From the NCBI GenBank assembly GCA_040954595.2, contig CM082597.2:8080343-8144342 (forward strand): DNA of 64,000 nt, read 5' to 3'. How positions within the stretch are numbered: the stretch's first letter is position 1; the number at the start of each line of letters is the position of its first letter. This document shows, piece by piece, positions 22,801 to 36,309 of this stretch. The position numbers and the translations under genes are program-made. The notes under the pieces are model-generated. The model had not been told where the DNA came from. It did not search any database and worked only from the letters and a program-made list of their open reading frames with translations. This DNA is from Balanoglossus misakiensis (taxonomy: Eukaryota > Animalia > Hemichordata).

Positions 22801-25800
22801 TGATGTGAGGTCACATGAGTCTCAAAGCCAACTTTCAGACCATTCATCTCATGGTTCATTTCCAGGAAATGCAAGTTTTTTTCAATAGTTTTCCAGGGCT
22901 TTCAGTAAAAAAAATTCAATTTTCTGAATTTTTTTCATTAGTTTTCTATGACTTTTGAAGCCAACAGCTGACATTTCCTGAGAGTGATTATGCAGATGAC
23001 ATATCAAAAACATCAACAATATTGCAGGACTTTCAGAAATAAATTTCATTTTTATATTTCTGTCTCTTCAACAAGTGTATAAACTTTGTCAATATTGTCA
23101 GAATTTTTTTTACACAGAGTTTAAAAAACACTGACCTGTACATGTTGGGCAACATGCAGAGTTTTCTACTGTGACTCTCTCTGGAGGACAATTCAGTGTT
23201 GGTAGACACAGCAATATTCCTTCCTGTAATCACATGTTATATGATTCAATCTGGTGTATGTGCACCATTCTGGTCGCCTTAAATAGGTTTTCACTTTGCG
23301 CTAGGGGGTCAAATCACACTGCATTCTGGGTCAAAATTCGACAACCCACTGTAGTAAGAGATAGAAGAAATGATATTTTTACTGAATTTCATGACTTTCT
23401 CTGGTCAAACATGTCTGTCTTTGCAGTTACCATATTAAACTTATTAAACTTTTTTCACATTTTGTTATTTTTTCTGTTACAAAGTTTCAAAATGACCCAT
23501 CCACACTTTAGCTTATGAACTCCCATTGTTTAAACATGGCAAAAAACGGCCATCTTGAATTGCGTCGACCATTTGAGATTTTCACCACTCACTTAGGTAG
23601 CTTAAAACCTATTTAAGGTAGGGAGAATTATCATACACTGGCATCATGTTCCCATTTAACTTCATGCGAAAGAGAGCCCTCACATCCATGCATTTTTTAT
23701 GTATCATGCACGGCCTGGCTGCCCAATTAAGATCACTGCCATGCATTTCTGAACTGTTTTTGTTCTTGTGGTACACACTTTGCTATCCTTAAATAATTCT
23801 TATGAAAACACACCAGAATGAGATTTTAACCTGTTTTTTTTCAGTGCTTTGATCGTAGCACAGAGTAAAAAGCTCGCAAGAAATTCATTGTCTCTTCAAA
23901 GCTGATACAATTATTTTACATCTTTATATCCTTTTTGTTCATGATGAATTTCTGTCTATGGTTAATGGAACAAAAATTGTCATAATGTTGAATATAAATT
24001 AGTTGTTGTTTCATTTGTAGTTTAATGCTCTGTTTCCTTGACAACACAAATTAAAGTTGTCATTATAAATATTGTATACACATGTTGGTTGTAATTGGAG
24101 AATAAGACAAGAATTCGCACATTAAGATGTCCATCTTACCGAACACTGGCATTCCAAACATTGGTCTTCATCTGGTTTAAAAATAGCACTTTCCTTATAA
24201 GTGACACCTCTGAATTCACAACCAATACATGCTTGACAACACTGGTTTGGTACTCGCACTGGGTTCTCACATGGTGCTGGACATGTGACAGTTGTACAGG
24301 AGATGTCTTGGTCCTGTCAACACAAGAAACAAAAACGTCCAAGTTACAAACAAGAGAAGTATGTAAAGTACACTATAGCTACACAAGATAGCATAATCTT
24401 GTTAGATAACAAGATTAAAAATGATTATATAAATAGCCAAAAGTACAGATCTAGAAATCTAATTACTGAGATATATGACAAGAAGCAAAGATCCACAAAA
24501 CATGAAAGCTCATCAGAACAGCAGAATGTGACACTGTACACTGTGTTGCTGCACAAAAAAAGTCTTGGCATGTACACACTGCATGTGCTTATAACAATCA
24601 AAGCCAAAAGTGCTCTGCATGTGCTTATAACAATCAAAGCCAAAAGTGCTCTAACACAAGATATATTATTCATTAAAGGGACAGAGTTTCTCTTCTTCCC
24701 CATTTTTAATTAATTATGTTTGATACAAGACACCGTTTATGTTATTCTACATGTGGATTTATAGGGAATCAACGTTCAACCACACACTACTTCCATCCCA
24801 CTTGTAGACGAGAGGGGAAAATCTCGCCAAAATGAATAATCAGTCTCTACCATTTATTCATTTTGGGCGAGTTTTTATTTTCATATCATACAAGCGGGAT
24901 GGAAGTTGTGTGTGGTTGAACGTTCATTCACTACATGTACATATACACATGTACATTAACATAAACAGTGTCTTATATCAGACATAATTAATTGGAAAGG
25001 GGCAGCGAGAGAGAGACTTTGTCCCTTTAAATCCACCAATCAAAGTAACTTACATCACATATACATGTTGTACAGGGATCATCTTGAAGAGTCCACATGT
25101 CACCATGGTGATACGTTGTGCCATCAATGACCCGACAGTCTAAACAAAGAGACAAAGAAGACATTTTATACAGTGCTATGTCACTCTGGTTGAAGACATG
25201 ATGATATGGCCAACAGGAATACCATTATCTGGGTGTTCAAATTATATAGAATTCTTCTGTTTTGCGGTATTAAAATTGTGTTTTATATTTTGTCATTTTT
25301 CTGATCAATATACTGGTATTGTGTAAAATTCGATCGATTGATTGGTGTGTGCTTTGTTCACAACCTGAGCACTTACTCAGCAATTGATAAGCCATACAGG
25401 AAAGATCACAACAAGTGATGACACATTGAGGAGAGATCACAACAAGTGATGACTCATAGAGGAGGAAGCACAGCATGTGATGACTCATCTAACCTGTCCA
25501 CTTACCTAGACATTTAGGACAGCACTGCCCTGGTACACATGCAAAATTAAAGATGTTGTGGCTTCACACACTGTTAAATTACAAGTCAAAGTACCATCCT
25601 GTAAATACAAATTATTTAATGGGTTATTATTATAGAAGTTATGGACGACCATTGACCCTGACCCTGACCATTGATACTTTTAATAGTAAAGGAAAGTATG
25701 TGTGCACCAATGTTCATGATGCATGTAGACTAGACAATGTTAGTCCTACGTGTATAATAGTGGAACATTTTTGTTTGGGTTATAAGGTCTCTGTACGTAT

Positions 25801-27183
25801 GATTTTTAGTTTGTATGCATTTTTCCACAGCTTATGCGTACAGTGTAGGTAACTCGAAAAAAAAAACCTTAAGTCTTGGCATGAACACACTGCGTGTGCT
25901 TATAACCCTCAAAGCCAAAAGGGCTTTAACACAAGATGTATTCTTCATTAAAAGGACAAAGTCTCTCTCTCTCAGCCCTTTATCCATTAATTATGTTTGA
26001 TACAAGACACCGTTTATGTTATTGTACATGTGGATATATAGTGAATCAACGTTCAACCACCCACAATTTCTATCCCGTTTGTAGAAATAAATAATTGGTC
26101 TCTACCATTTATCCATTTTGGGCGAGTTTTTACTCTCATATCCTACAAACGGGACGGAAGTTGTGTGTGGTTGAAAGTTGATTCACTACATGTATATATC
26201 CACATGTAGAATAACATAAACAATGTCTTGTATCAAACATAATTAATGGAAAGGGGCAGCTAGAGAGAGAGACTTTGTGCAGTGATGAGAACTTACCAGA
26301 CACAGGCAGGATCTACACACATCACCAAGAGGGTTGAAGCGATCACCATCAGCATACAAGATATTATTGTATTCACACAGACTACAGTCTGGACAGCAAT
26401 CAGAAGCTGTGTACAGTCCATGCTCACATGTTACTGGACACTCTAATTCTGTACAGGTAATCTTGGAATCAGGCTGAAAGAGGAACGACAACAATCAGGT
26501 TCATACTGTAAAACACTTTACTTTCACGAGTTGAAATTTTCACGATATCGAGAGAGGCCACTTTTTCGCGAGTATTAATTTTCACATTCTCTTATTTCAT
26601 TCACTACATCGTTATCTTCAAAAAAATGTTATGCGACTTTTTATTTTCACGCTATTTTGGCTCTCGTGTATTTCGCGAAAATTTATTGCTCGCAAAAATA
26701 AAGTATTTTACAGTATCAGTTAAAACATGGTGATGCACAGGTTCTTAATCAAATTCTATTTTGGTTTCGTTAAAAGTCGTTAAAATAATGTTATGTAGTA
26801 GTCGTGTATTTTGCTGCCTTCATGGCAAGTCGACTGAGATCAAATCATCTGGAAAACAGGAAAACAATGGCTCTGTTTCTGGGACCGTCTGTTGCACTTT
26901 GGCTGAAATAGGAGCTTATTTATTTATGTTTACTTTTACAGTGGATTATATTTACTGACAAGTTTAGTTACAGAAATAAATGTGTTTTTAATTTGACTAT
27001 TGTTATTTTCACTGTCACCCAACCTCGGTTTGGTTTTGATTTGAAGCATCAGAGTAATGAAATAATGGGAATGATTCAACAATTAAATTTCAAGGGGTTG
27101 GCCGGGGGTTTGCGGCAAAACTAAAAGAAATATTTTTTTTTACCAGACTTTGAACTTCTGACATCATCTATAAGTTGACATAC

Positions 27184-27272
27184 CTGACATGTACATTGCA
27201 GACACAGGTCAAATTCTGTACACATTTGTCCAGGTTGATACTCTGTACCATCCCCTGTCACACATACTGGAT
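27184..27272 (-). CDS. VWC exon PVCVTGDGTEYQPGQMCTEFDLCLQCTCQ (copies B and C only)
   Basis: gtag/gtatgt boundaries; matches ORF 48387..48581 in C. Confidence 0.85.
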
Positions 27273-27861
27273 CTACCAATAAAGTTCAAATACACATTGT
27301 TGAGATGGAAATTGTTACATTCCCATGCAGTCCACTGAAGGGGTCCAGTGTGTAACCCATTGCATGGATTGGTTACGCAAAGTGCCCTCATGTGACAAAC
27401 TTCAGTCTAGATTAGTTTTTCCTTCATTGAACTTGAAGATAACTGTAAAGAGACAAAAAGTTTCTCTCTCGCTGCCCTTTTACCATTAATTATGTTTGAC
27501 ACAAGACACGGTTTATGTTATTCTACATGTGGACAGATATAACTTTATTTATTTATAAAAATTAATAAAAAATAAATAAATAAATAAACTTCCATTCCAT
27601 ATTTAGCATATGAGAATAAAAATCTCGCCAAAATGAATAAATGGTAAACACCGATTATTCATTTTGGCGAGTTTTTTCACTCTTGTCTACAAGTAGAATG
27701 GAAGTTGTGTGTGGTCGAATGTTGATTCAGAATACATGTATATCCACATGTAGAATAACATAACGGTTTCTTGTCCCTTGAAGAACAGAAAATTATTTAA
27801 TCTCAGAAAATTCTGATACATAACACTTGACTTTAAGATCTTGTATCTGATATTTCCTTAC

Positions 27862-27961
27862 TTTCTTGACACACTGGACAGCAACTATCCTCTACAAGGA
27901 TGGGGTTGTCACATTCCAGTATTGGGCAAATTTCCATGTTACCACATGTTACATTCCCAAA
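27862..27961 (-). CDS. VWC exon FGNVTCGNMEICPILECDNPILVEDSCCPVCQE (copies B and C only)
   Basis: catag/gtaag boundaries; second copy at ~50825-50924. Confidence 0.87.
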
Positions 27962-28745
27962 CTATGCAGACAAGGAGAGACATCAGTTTAGTGTGGAAGA
28001 GATAGCATGGGTGCATGGGGGTGGGGAGGTGGACTAGGCAAGGTGGAACTGAGAGGGGGCAGAGGGTGAGGGTGTCATGGGCAATAACAGTAACATGATC
28101 TGTCAAATTATAAAATGGAATTACAGACTTATTTTGTTAAGAAGGGACTTTACCTTCTGTTGATATAACAATTCAAAGAAAATTAATCACAAATTACATT
28201 GGAATTATTTACTTTCATTTATTGTTTGAGCAATCGTGTCCTCTGTCACTGTTGCAAATAAGTAGACATGACTTAAAGACCAACGCATAGCCTGGCCAAT
28301 CCATGTCTTTGTCAGAAACACTTTCACTGATGTCATACTCAGGTTTGTATGTAAGCCAAAGATACACTTGTTGTTTGTGGAATTCTCAAGTTACAGAAAG
28401 TTTGTTTTAGTAATTCATATGTGCAGTGTATAAACCTTGTTGACAGGTCTGCCTGGGAACTTTGACCAACCAACAGAGCAATTTGAGCACTACGCTTGTA
28501 CATCACTTCTGTCGACACACAGATTGGTTTTAAAAGGTGCCATGGCAACGAAAGTGATATAACAAAGTCACATTCCACTGTGAGTTCTTCATAAATATTT
28601 TACTGATTAACACCCAATCCTTAGGAAACTTTTCCTTTTACTCGTAATTCAATCCAGGTCCTTCCTTAATGGAAAATATCTATGACTTTAAGTAAGATAA
28701 TTTTCGCAGCTTAAATCACTGGATAAAATTATTTCATTAACTTAC

Positions 28746-28819
28746 TGTACAAAGACAAGTTATGCAGCCATCTTTGATTGTGTTCATATTCCGTATATAC
28801 TGACCATCATACAGACAAT
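28746..28819 (-). CDS. VWC exon DCLYDGQYIRNMNTIKDGCITCLCT (copies B and C only)
   Basis: tgcag/gtaag boundaries; second copy at ~51385-51458. Confidence 0.85.
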
Positions 28820-29468
28820 CTGCAAAGAATTAATAACATAGTGATCACATTATGAGTAAAAAAACCATTCTGGTCAATCACACTTCAGTCAAGGAGAGTA
28901 TTATTAAAACAGAAGTTATTTATAACCATTTGCCAAGTGAATGTCTTCAAGAGATTTGAGATAATGCTAAGCAGCCATGCATGGTTTTCTATATCCACTA
29001 TATATGTTCAACTCAGCTGTAATTCATTAAAGCCCAAGTATTTCTCATGTTTATCCATTTTTCATCATCGAAAATTGCCTGTTTTTCCCGTACATTCATC
29101 AAGGAATACTACATAATGAAGATATAAGAAAGGTTTGGGCATTTGTAGCTACATGTACATGCAAGCAGTAAATATTGCCCGTAACACTTGAAATGATGCG
29201 CGGGTTTGTTTACGTTGCATTCCGTATATCAACAGAGCTCATATTGTAAATTGTATGTAAATTGTATGTGTTAATGAAATAAGAGAACACGAAAATTAAT
29301 ACTTGCAAAACAGTGGCCTCTCTCGATATTGCGAAAATTTCAACTCCCGAAAATAAAGTGTTTTTCAGTATGTCCGGACTGTGTTGTATGAATAGATGTG
29401 TGTAGTAGCTGTTGCTGACCAATTGCACAAGAAATCAAAGACTTTCGAAGCTTGTTGAAACGACTTAC

Positions 29469-29642
29469 CCTGACATGAGGGACAGCACATATCTTCATCT
29501 TGGAATGGAAACATGCAGTTCACCTGACAGCTGATTGGTTGACAGTTGACATTACCAGATGTACATGTACACTCACTGCAGCTATCTAGTAATGATGGGA
29601 ATACAGCACCATCTCTGTGATTTTCACCGCCGTATGTACAAC
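29469..29642 (-). CDS. Whole-VWC exon CTYGGENHRDGAVFPSLLDSCSECTCTSGNVNCQPISCQVNCMFPFQDEDMCCPSCQ (copy B only; acceptor mutated)
   Basis: Lies within ORF 29365..29691; the intron ends ttttatac instead of tag. Confidence 0.87.
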
Positions 29643-30280
29643 GTATAAAAAAAATGCACGTCACAATTAGTATTTTTATGGCCACTTTCACTTTTGGAGG
29701 TCAAGGCTATTCATGACAAGAAATATTCTATTGCCTACATATGTAAGATGCTAGAAAAGTTAAATGGCGATGATATACAAATGTACATGTGTGCCAAACC
29801 AGAATCTCTGGTGGCAAAATTTGTATACAATCAATGGCATGAGGCAGTGTGCTGTCCTAACAACAGACAAGATGGTGGCAACCATAGTCTGTGTTGGAGA
29901 TCGGGGAAAAGACAGCAAATTGGGGGGAAAAGGGACAAAAGCACAGTCTACTTAAACAGTGCACATGAAATATGGAAGGAAGCGAAGGCAGTCCACTATT
30001 TGAAAGTGTAGATTGCAAAATTTGCAGAACATTTGGATTGGATGTAATGTTTGTACACACAAAATTAAGCAGATGAGCATAAGATGATCGTCAAGCTTTA
30101 AATGAAACCACCTTTAAGACTGAGATATTTAACAACTTCCTTGCAAATTACATGTAAGTCCAACCAACTGAACAAGTCCACCATAACACATCCAAAACAT
30201 GTAAATTGGATCAGGCACACCATTAGTAACACTTGGACTAGTATTTTGATGAAAGGGTTAATTTTACTTTTGTGACTTAC

Positions 30281-30389
30281 CATTACAATCTGGGCAACAT
30301 TGATTTTGTATGACAATTGGATTGTTACATGACTCTGTACATGTGACAGTGGTACATCTGACAGTGACAGTGGTTATCTGACCATCAAT
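30281..30389 (-). CDS. VWC exon IDGQITTVTVRCTTVTCTESCNNPIVIQNQCCPDCN (copy B only)
   Basis: tttag/gtaagt boundaries; CCPDC motif. Confidence 0.85.
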
Positions 30390-30722
30390 CTAAAGAGGAA
30401 AAATCACAAAGATCTTAGAACGGTTGTGTACAGTTTATATTTCACAAAGTTCTCCAACTTTGTTCTATGGTTGCTGCAAATGACTACTGTAAAACACTTT
30501 ATTCTTGCGAGTTGAAATTTTCGCAATATCGAGAGAGGCCACTGTTTCGCGAGTATTAATTGTCGCGTTCTCTTATTTCATTCACTGCATCGTTATCTTT
30601 AAAAAAATTACGCGACCTTTTATTTTCACGCTATTTTGGCTCTCGCGTATTTGGCGAACTGTGGAGAATTTGACCAATCAGGAAACTTGTTAGACATGTG
30701 CTACTGTGTTCTGTGTTGTTAC

Positions 30723-30914
30723 CTGACAAGTACAGCTCTGGCATGGATCATTCCTTTTAAACCACGTCTGTCCAAATGGATAGCTGATTCCGGAAGCATC
30801 TACACATCCTGGTTGGTTGCATGTCGGGCAGCATTGACCAGGCAGGTATGTCTGAAACTCGATTGCACAGGGAAGTTCTGGACACAGCACAGGTTCACAT
30901 CCTATTTGTCCATC
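30723..30914 (-). CDS. VWC exon, diverged paralog of 9514..9708
   Basis: Overlaps ORF 30690..30890. Confidence 0.88.
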
Positions 30915-31137
30915 CTGTAATTAAACAATTGCAGATTGCTACTGATACAATAAGGCCAACATAAATAATTCTTTGTTTTGCGTCTATTCACGAGGCACTA
31001 AACTAATGCCAAGTTGCACAATGATCATTTCACAGATGATGCTGAAATCATTGTGGACATACATGTGCATGGATGGAAGGACAGACAGACCTCTATAGGG
31101 GGAACTGGGTTGAGAGGGTGAATAGACATGTACTTAC

Positions 31138-31223
31138 TGAACACCAACAAATTGTACAGTTCTGATTGGCTGGTTTAAACGTCTCACCACTTTGAAATTC
31201 ATTACCATCAAAGAAACAACTTG
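31138..31223 (-). CDS. VWC exon ASCFFDGNEFQSGETFKPANQNCTICWCS
   Basis: Lies within ORF 31093..31557; gag acceptor, gtaagt donor. Confidence 0.85.
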
Positions 31224-31810
31224 CTCGGAATATACAATAAAAAAGATAACATTGCAACATAATCAGCAAATGATAGACATTATGGTTAGAAAGACTGTAT
31301 AGTACCAAATTGAACTCCAATGTACATTGATCACATAATGTAAAACACTTTATTTTCGTGAGCAATAAATTTTCGCCAAAATAGTGTGAAAATAAAAAGT
31401 CGCATAATTTTTTTAAGATAACGATGCAGTGAATGAAATAAGAGAACGTGAAAATTAATACTCGCGAAACAGTGGCCTCTCTCGATATTGCAAAAATTTC
31501 AACTTCGAAAATTAAGTGTTTTACAGTAGTAATGCCATGTTTGGACAACCAATTCAAAATCTCTACATTATTTTTTCTTCTTCCAATTGCAAAGTAACAA
31601 CAATATACAGTATGACATTTTATGTTTTACCATTCACTACATATCGTTAGATCAATCAATCGATTTCTGTCACCTTACATATCTCTTCCAGTAACTGAAG
31701 GAGAATCTATTGTAGTAAAGCCTCTAGAGCTGCCACTTTTTGTATTATTTTCATGATTTTATTTTCCAGCTTAGATTGGTTCATCTAAATAAGTTTACTC
31801 ATTGGTATAC

Positions 31811-32820
31811 ATAGTGTGTTCGTCAGTCGCATCGCGACGATGACCATCTACACATCCTGGGAAGTCCTGTGGGTGCGCAGATGACTGAACAGTCCGATCT
31901 GCGCACGTAAAGTTCTTTGACAGTGTGGACAGGGGATGGTGGCAACAGATGGAGATCTGTTGGCGTTTAGTTTCCAGGCCAGTCTGCGTTGCTCTGCTGC
32001 AGTAATCCTGTTCGCTTCGCAGGTACTGGCACCTCCGTGGACATCAGCTCGCCATCCGGATCTGTCCTGCGCTGCCTGCTCCCACGTGCCATGACTGATG
32101 TTGAAGCCCTTGAGCGCGGCTTTGAGGGTGTCCTTGAAGCGCTTCTTCTGGCCTACCTTGGAGCGTTTTCCTTGTTCGAGTTCACCATACACTTGCTTTG
32201 GCGATTCTGGCATTGACCTCATCATTGACGACGTCATTTCTGGAGAGCCTACTGTCAAGGTAAGTGAACTTGTCCACCGCATTCAGTCTCTGTCCTTTAA
32301 TAGTGATGTTCGGTTCTACATATGGTTTTCCTGGAGCTGGCTGATGCAGTATTTCAGTCTTCTTTGTGCTGATGGTAAGGCCAAAATTGTCGCAGGCATT
32401 AGAGAATTTGTCAACACTGTGTTGCATATCAGCTTCAGAGGCAGTGTTAAGGGCACAGTCATCAGCAAACAGAAAGTCATTGATGGTGACAGATTGAACC
32501 TTGGTTTTTGCTTGAAGCCTCCTCAGGTTGAAGATTGATCCATCCAAGCGGTATCTGATGGTGATGCCAGTGTCTGTGTCTCTGAAGGCATCTGTCAGCA
32601 TGGCTGAGAACATGAGGCTGAACAGGGTCGGTGCAAGGACACATCCTTGTTTCACCCCGTTTGTGACAGGGAACGGCTCTGATGACTCCCCACTTCTGGC
32701 CTCCCTTGGAGCGTTTTCCTTGTTCGAGTTCACCATACATCAGTTTCTTTGGAAGCCGAGAGTCTGGCATGCGCACAACGTGTCCTGCCCAGCGAAGCTG
32801 TGACTGCATCAGGGTGGTGT
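31811..32820 (-). mobile_element. Rearranged RTE-clade (BovB-like) LINE fragments
   Basis: GVKQGCVLAPTLF, FADDCAL, QLRWAGHVVRM, YGELEQGKR (twice) and C-terminal CPHC...SHLRTH in ORFs 32182..32736, 32477..32809 and 31848..32282. Confidence 0.93.
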
Positions 32821-32880
32821 TAATGGATGCTTCATCAATAAACTTGATGACACAAAAGATCTAACTACATGTGCGGTTAC

Positions 32881-33054
32881 CTTGACAACTATGACAACAA
32901 TGTCCAGGGCTGGGCAATGGATGTGTGCATTCATGTTCACATATCTGTTTGACACAAGTTACAATTCCTTCACTACAGGTACAGATTTCACATTTATCAA
33001 CAGGAATGGTCCATGTAGAATTGTGGTGATATTCTATATTGTTGAATACACAAC
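32881..33054 (-). CDS. Second, diverged copy of the GCVFNNIEYHHN whole-VWC exon within copy B
   Basis: Lies within ORF 32861..33064 (TIPVDKC versus TSPVDEC) and has a different acceptor context. Confidence 0.9.
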
Positions 33055-36000
33055 CTAAAACCAAAAAGATTTGTTTGTATAAACATTCTGTTGAAAAGAA
33101 ATAATGAAAAACATTATCAGGGTAGATGGTCTTGGAATAAAAAAATTACATGAAAAATTGCAATTAAATATATGTTGGCACATTTCTTGCTACCTAATTA
33201 AACAATATTTTGTTTGTAAACTGTCTGTGTTTGGACATTGCTGAATTCTTAGGGTCAGGATTAAATTTAACCATCAACAATAATAAGGCTGGGTACATGA
33301 AAGATAAAATTTTGTTATTTTAATAGCTGAATGTAATTTTCTTTCAAATTTTACCGACCTAGAAATGGATTTAAATATACATATCATTCCATGGTAGCAT
33401 GAGTTTCTGCTTTACTACAAATTCATTCTCCCAATCCTGACTAGATTTGAGATACAGATAATCCTTATGTAAATGGATGCTTCATCAATAAACTTGATGA
33501 CACAAAAGATCTAATTACATGTGCAGTTACCTTGACAACTATGACAGCAATGTCCAGGGTTGGGCAATGGATGTGTGCATTCATGTTTACATATCTGTTT
33601 GACACAAGTTACAATTCCTTCACTACAGGTACAGATTTCACATTCATCAACAGGACTGGTCCATGTAGAATTGTGGTGATATTCTATGTTGTTGAATACA
33701 CAACCTATAACACAAAAAGATCCGTTTGGAATCAATTATTCTTTGGAAATAATTACCAAGAGCTTTATAATTTTGATTAAAACCCTACCACTACTGGGCG
33801 TCATACCCGTTTAGAGTGTCAGGGGCCCTTAAAATATATATGTGCCCTTTTTCTTCTTAAAGGTATTTTGACTGTCTTGGCATGGCTCTCTAACATACTT
33901 AAACACACTTGGCCGTCTGAGCCCCCTGTAAAATGTACCAAATCGCACTGGTTTGCACTGTATTGGTCTGAGGGTCTTGTATAGGCCCTACTGAGTAACA
34001 CACACTTGTCAGTCTAACAGGTCTGGGTGCCAGGATTCTAGGCACCCTGGTAATCAAACCAGATTTAACCGACATGCCAGTGTTAGCGTTAGAGTGGAAA
34101 GTTGCCCAAAATTGCAACCATCATTATCTTCATACGACCAATCCTCTGAAATCAATAGGGCTGTATATCACGGAGAAGTATCTGATGGCTTCAATTACTA
34201 ACCTTTACAATGTGGACAGCATTCACCCACAATTTGTTCTGTATATTGGCATGGCAATACAGGGCACTACACAATATGTGAGCATATGATATACTGTAAA
34301 ACACTTTATTTTCGTGAGTTGAAATCTTTGCGATATCGAGAAAGGCCACTGTTTTCAGAGTATTAATTTTTGTGTTCTCTTATTTCATTCACTGCATCGT
34401 TATCTTCAAAAAAAAATTACGCGAATTTTTACTTTCACGCCATTTTGGCTCTCGCGTTTTTCGCGAAAATTTATTGCTCGTGAAAATAATGTGTTTTACA
34501 ATATACACAATGTGTATGAGTAACATCAATTGCTCCTTACCTGACATGTACAATTAGTACACTCATCAAGAATCCATGTATCACCAGATGAATATGTAAA
34601 ATCATGTGGTTGAAAATAACACCCTGTAACAAACCAATTCAAACTTTCATTATTGTCCAGTAATCTTTATGATGACTTTGAGTATAGTCCTATTGTAAGG
34701 TTATTTCATTGTCATTGTAGAAATGACTGTATCCACTGAGCAATATGCTTCAGTATTTGTCCTCGACGCTGCGCATCTCAGACAATACCTCCACTGCACT
34801 GTACGATGTACTCGGACATAAATCCTGGTACTTTATGAATAACCTTATATTATTTAGGACCATTTATTTCATTTGAATCAAACAGAGTCTAAACATAGCC
34901 ATACAATATAAAGCATACATGTACATAAATGCCAAATGACATCAATACCTTCTATTGGTTGACATGTTATTCCATCTGTCCTCAACACGAAGCCATCCAG
35001 ACATCAACACATAAATGAACCTCTTGAATTAATGCATTCTTGCTCACACACCTGTAAACCTTCTATAACACATTCATTGATGTCTGAAATACAACACAAA
35101 TCAAAGTTACTTGCATGAAGCCAGAAGATACAAATTATACTTTTGAAGCAGTTTCGTTTTCCCTGTTTCTTTCAAGACTTTTGAAACAAGCCTTTGTAAC
35201 AAGATTTTGTAGACTATGCAGTCGTTTTAAAGGTATACAGTCACCTCCAATTTACATAGGCCCATACAATCATTTCATTCAATGCTTCAAGATAACAAAA
35301 AATACAAAATGTTGACATCATGAACATTCATAACAATCCCGTGGTCACTGTGTTTGTTGGTGCAACCTCGGCTACTTGTACTTCATTTAAAATAACATAT
35401 GACACACTAATAGGGTGCACTATGCACACAACAGGCACAACTGTACTGTGCAGAGAGTCTAAGATGTTTGATGTAAATGACACATCAGCTGGTAACCATG
35501 ATTAATCGTTGATCAAAAGTTCCTCACTGATTTGCTAGAAGGACAGAAACTTTGCAAAGGACTTATCAAATCTGCTGGGAAGTTGACATCACAAGTCGCC
35601 AACAACAAAAACAAAACTTACCCTCATCACACAAATCACCCGTGTAACCAGCAAAGCATTCACATTCTCCACCATTGCAGATACCATTTTCACATAAACA
35701 CACACCTGAGAAGGACAATAAACACATAAACAAAGTAAAACAAACAACAGAATGCGATGATCATAATGATCATGGTGATATACAATCCAGGTGGTGTCAT
35801 TTTTTTTCTATCGATAACCAAAGGCCTTACCCCTTGAAACTAATTTTTCAAAGATTTTCATAAATGCTCGCATGTCATGCGACCATTGTACACTGTATAC
35901 GATCAGATTCCCCTACATCTAAAAATATACACTTTTTAGAGTTTTTGTATAGTTGTTCTACATCCTTTTAGAGTTACATGTGCCAAGATAATTTGCATAA

Positions 36001-36309
36001 ATCCTCAGGTACTTTGCATATTCTAACTCTATGAACACATTTCCTGCTACATTGACTTTCTCACTTTGCATAAAGTGTGATATTTACATTTGGAGCAGTC
36101 ATCTCCACTAAAGCCCTCCTGACAGTTGCAGTATCCTTGGAAACATATTCCATCATTCTTGCAGTCTGGGATGCAAGGAATCTCTGTAAAAACAATCAAA
36201 ACACATTCAAAAGATGTCTGATGAAATCATACTTTATCAGGTAATACTTAATTCTCCACATACAAATATCACAGAATCGGAATATTTGATATTTTGATAC
36301 ACAATATCA

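Larger units (their letters stand above)
15733..36183 (-). pseudogene. Copy B of EGF/VWC/VWD/C8 kielin/chordin-like gene (most exon-rich copy)
   Basis: Contains EGF x3, VWC exons, both VWD exons, C8 and a tail exon. Lesions: 5' part and acceptor of an exon deleted at ~34265, AG>AC acceptor at 29643-29644, 1-bp deletion near 25550, and a VWD (phase 2) to C8 (phase 0) mismatch. Confidence 0.85.

Noticed and set aside
1-26500. Array as a pure assembly artefact, given near-identity of 1-6500 and 20095-26500
   Set aside because: Units differ by private TSD-flanked insertions, distinct deletions and SNPs, and four versions exceed two haplotypes. Exact copy number and order still need read validation.
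29643-30280. AC-ending intron as a minor-spliceosome AT-AC intron
   Set aside because: The donor is canonical GTAAGT rather than ATATCC, so an AG>AC mutation is more likely.
31989-32864. Plus-strand ORFs of 60-146 aa in this interval
   Set aside because: Antisense shadows of the GC-richer RTE coding sequence.
32881-33704. Duplicated exon pair as a Dscam-like mutually exclusive splicing cassette
   Set aside because: Both exons are phase 1-1 whole domains that can be included together. The pair arises from a deletion junction at ~33075, and no docking or selector elements were seen.
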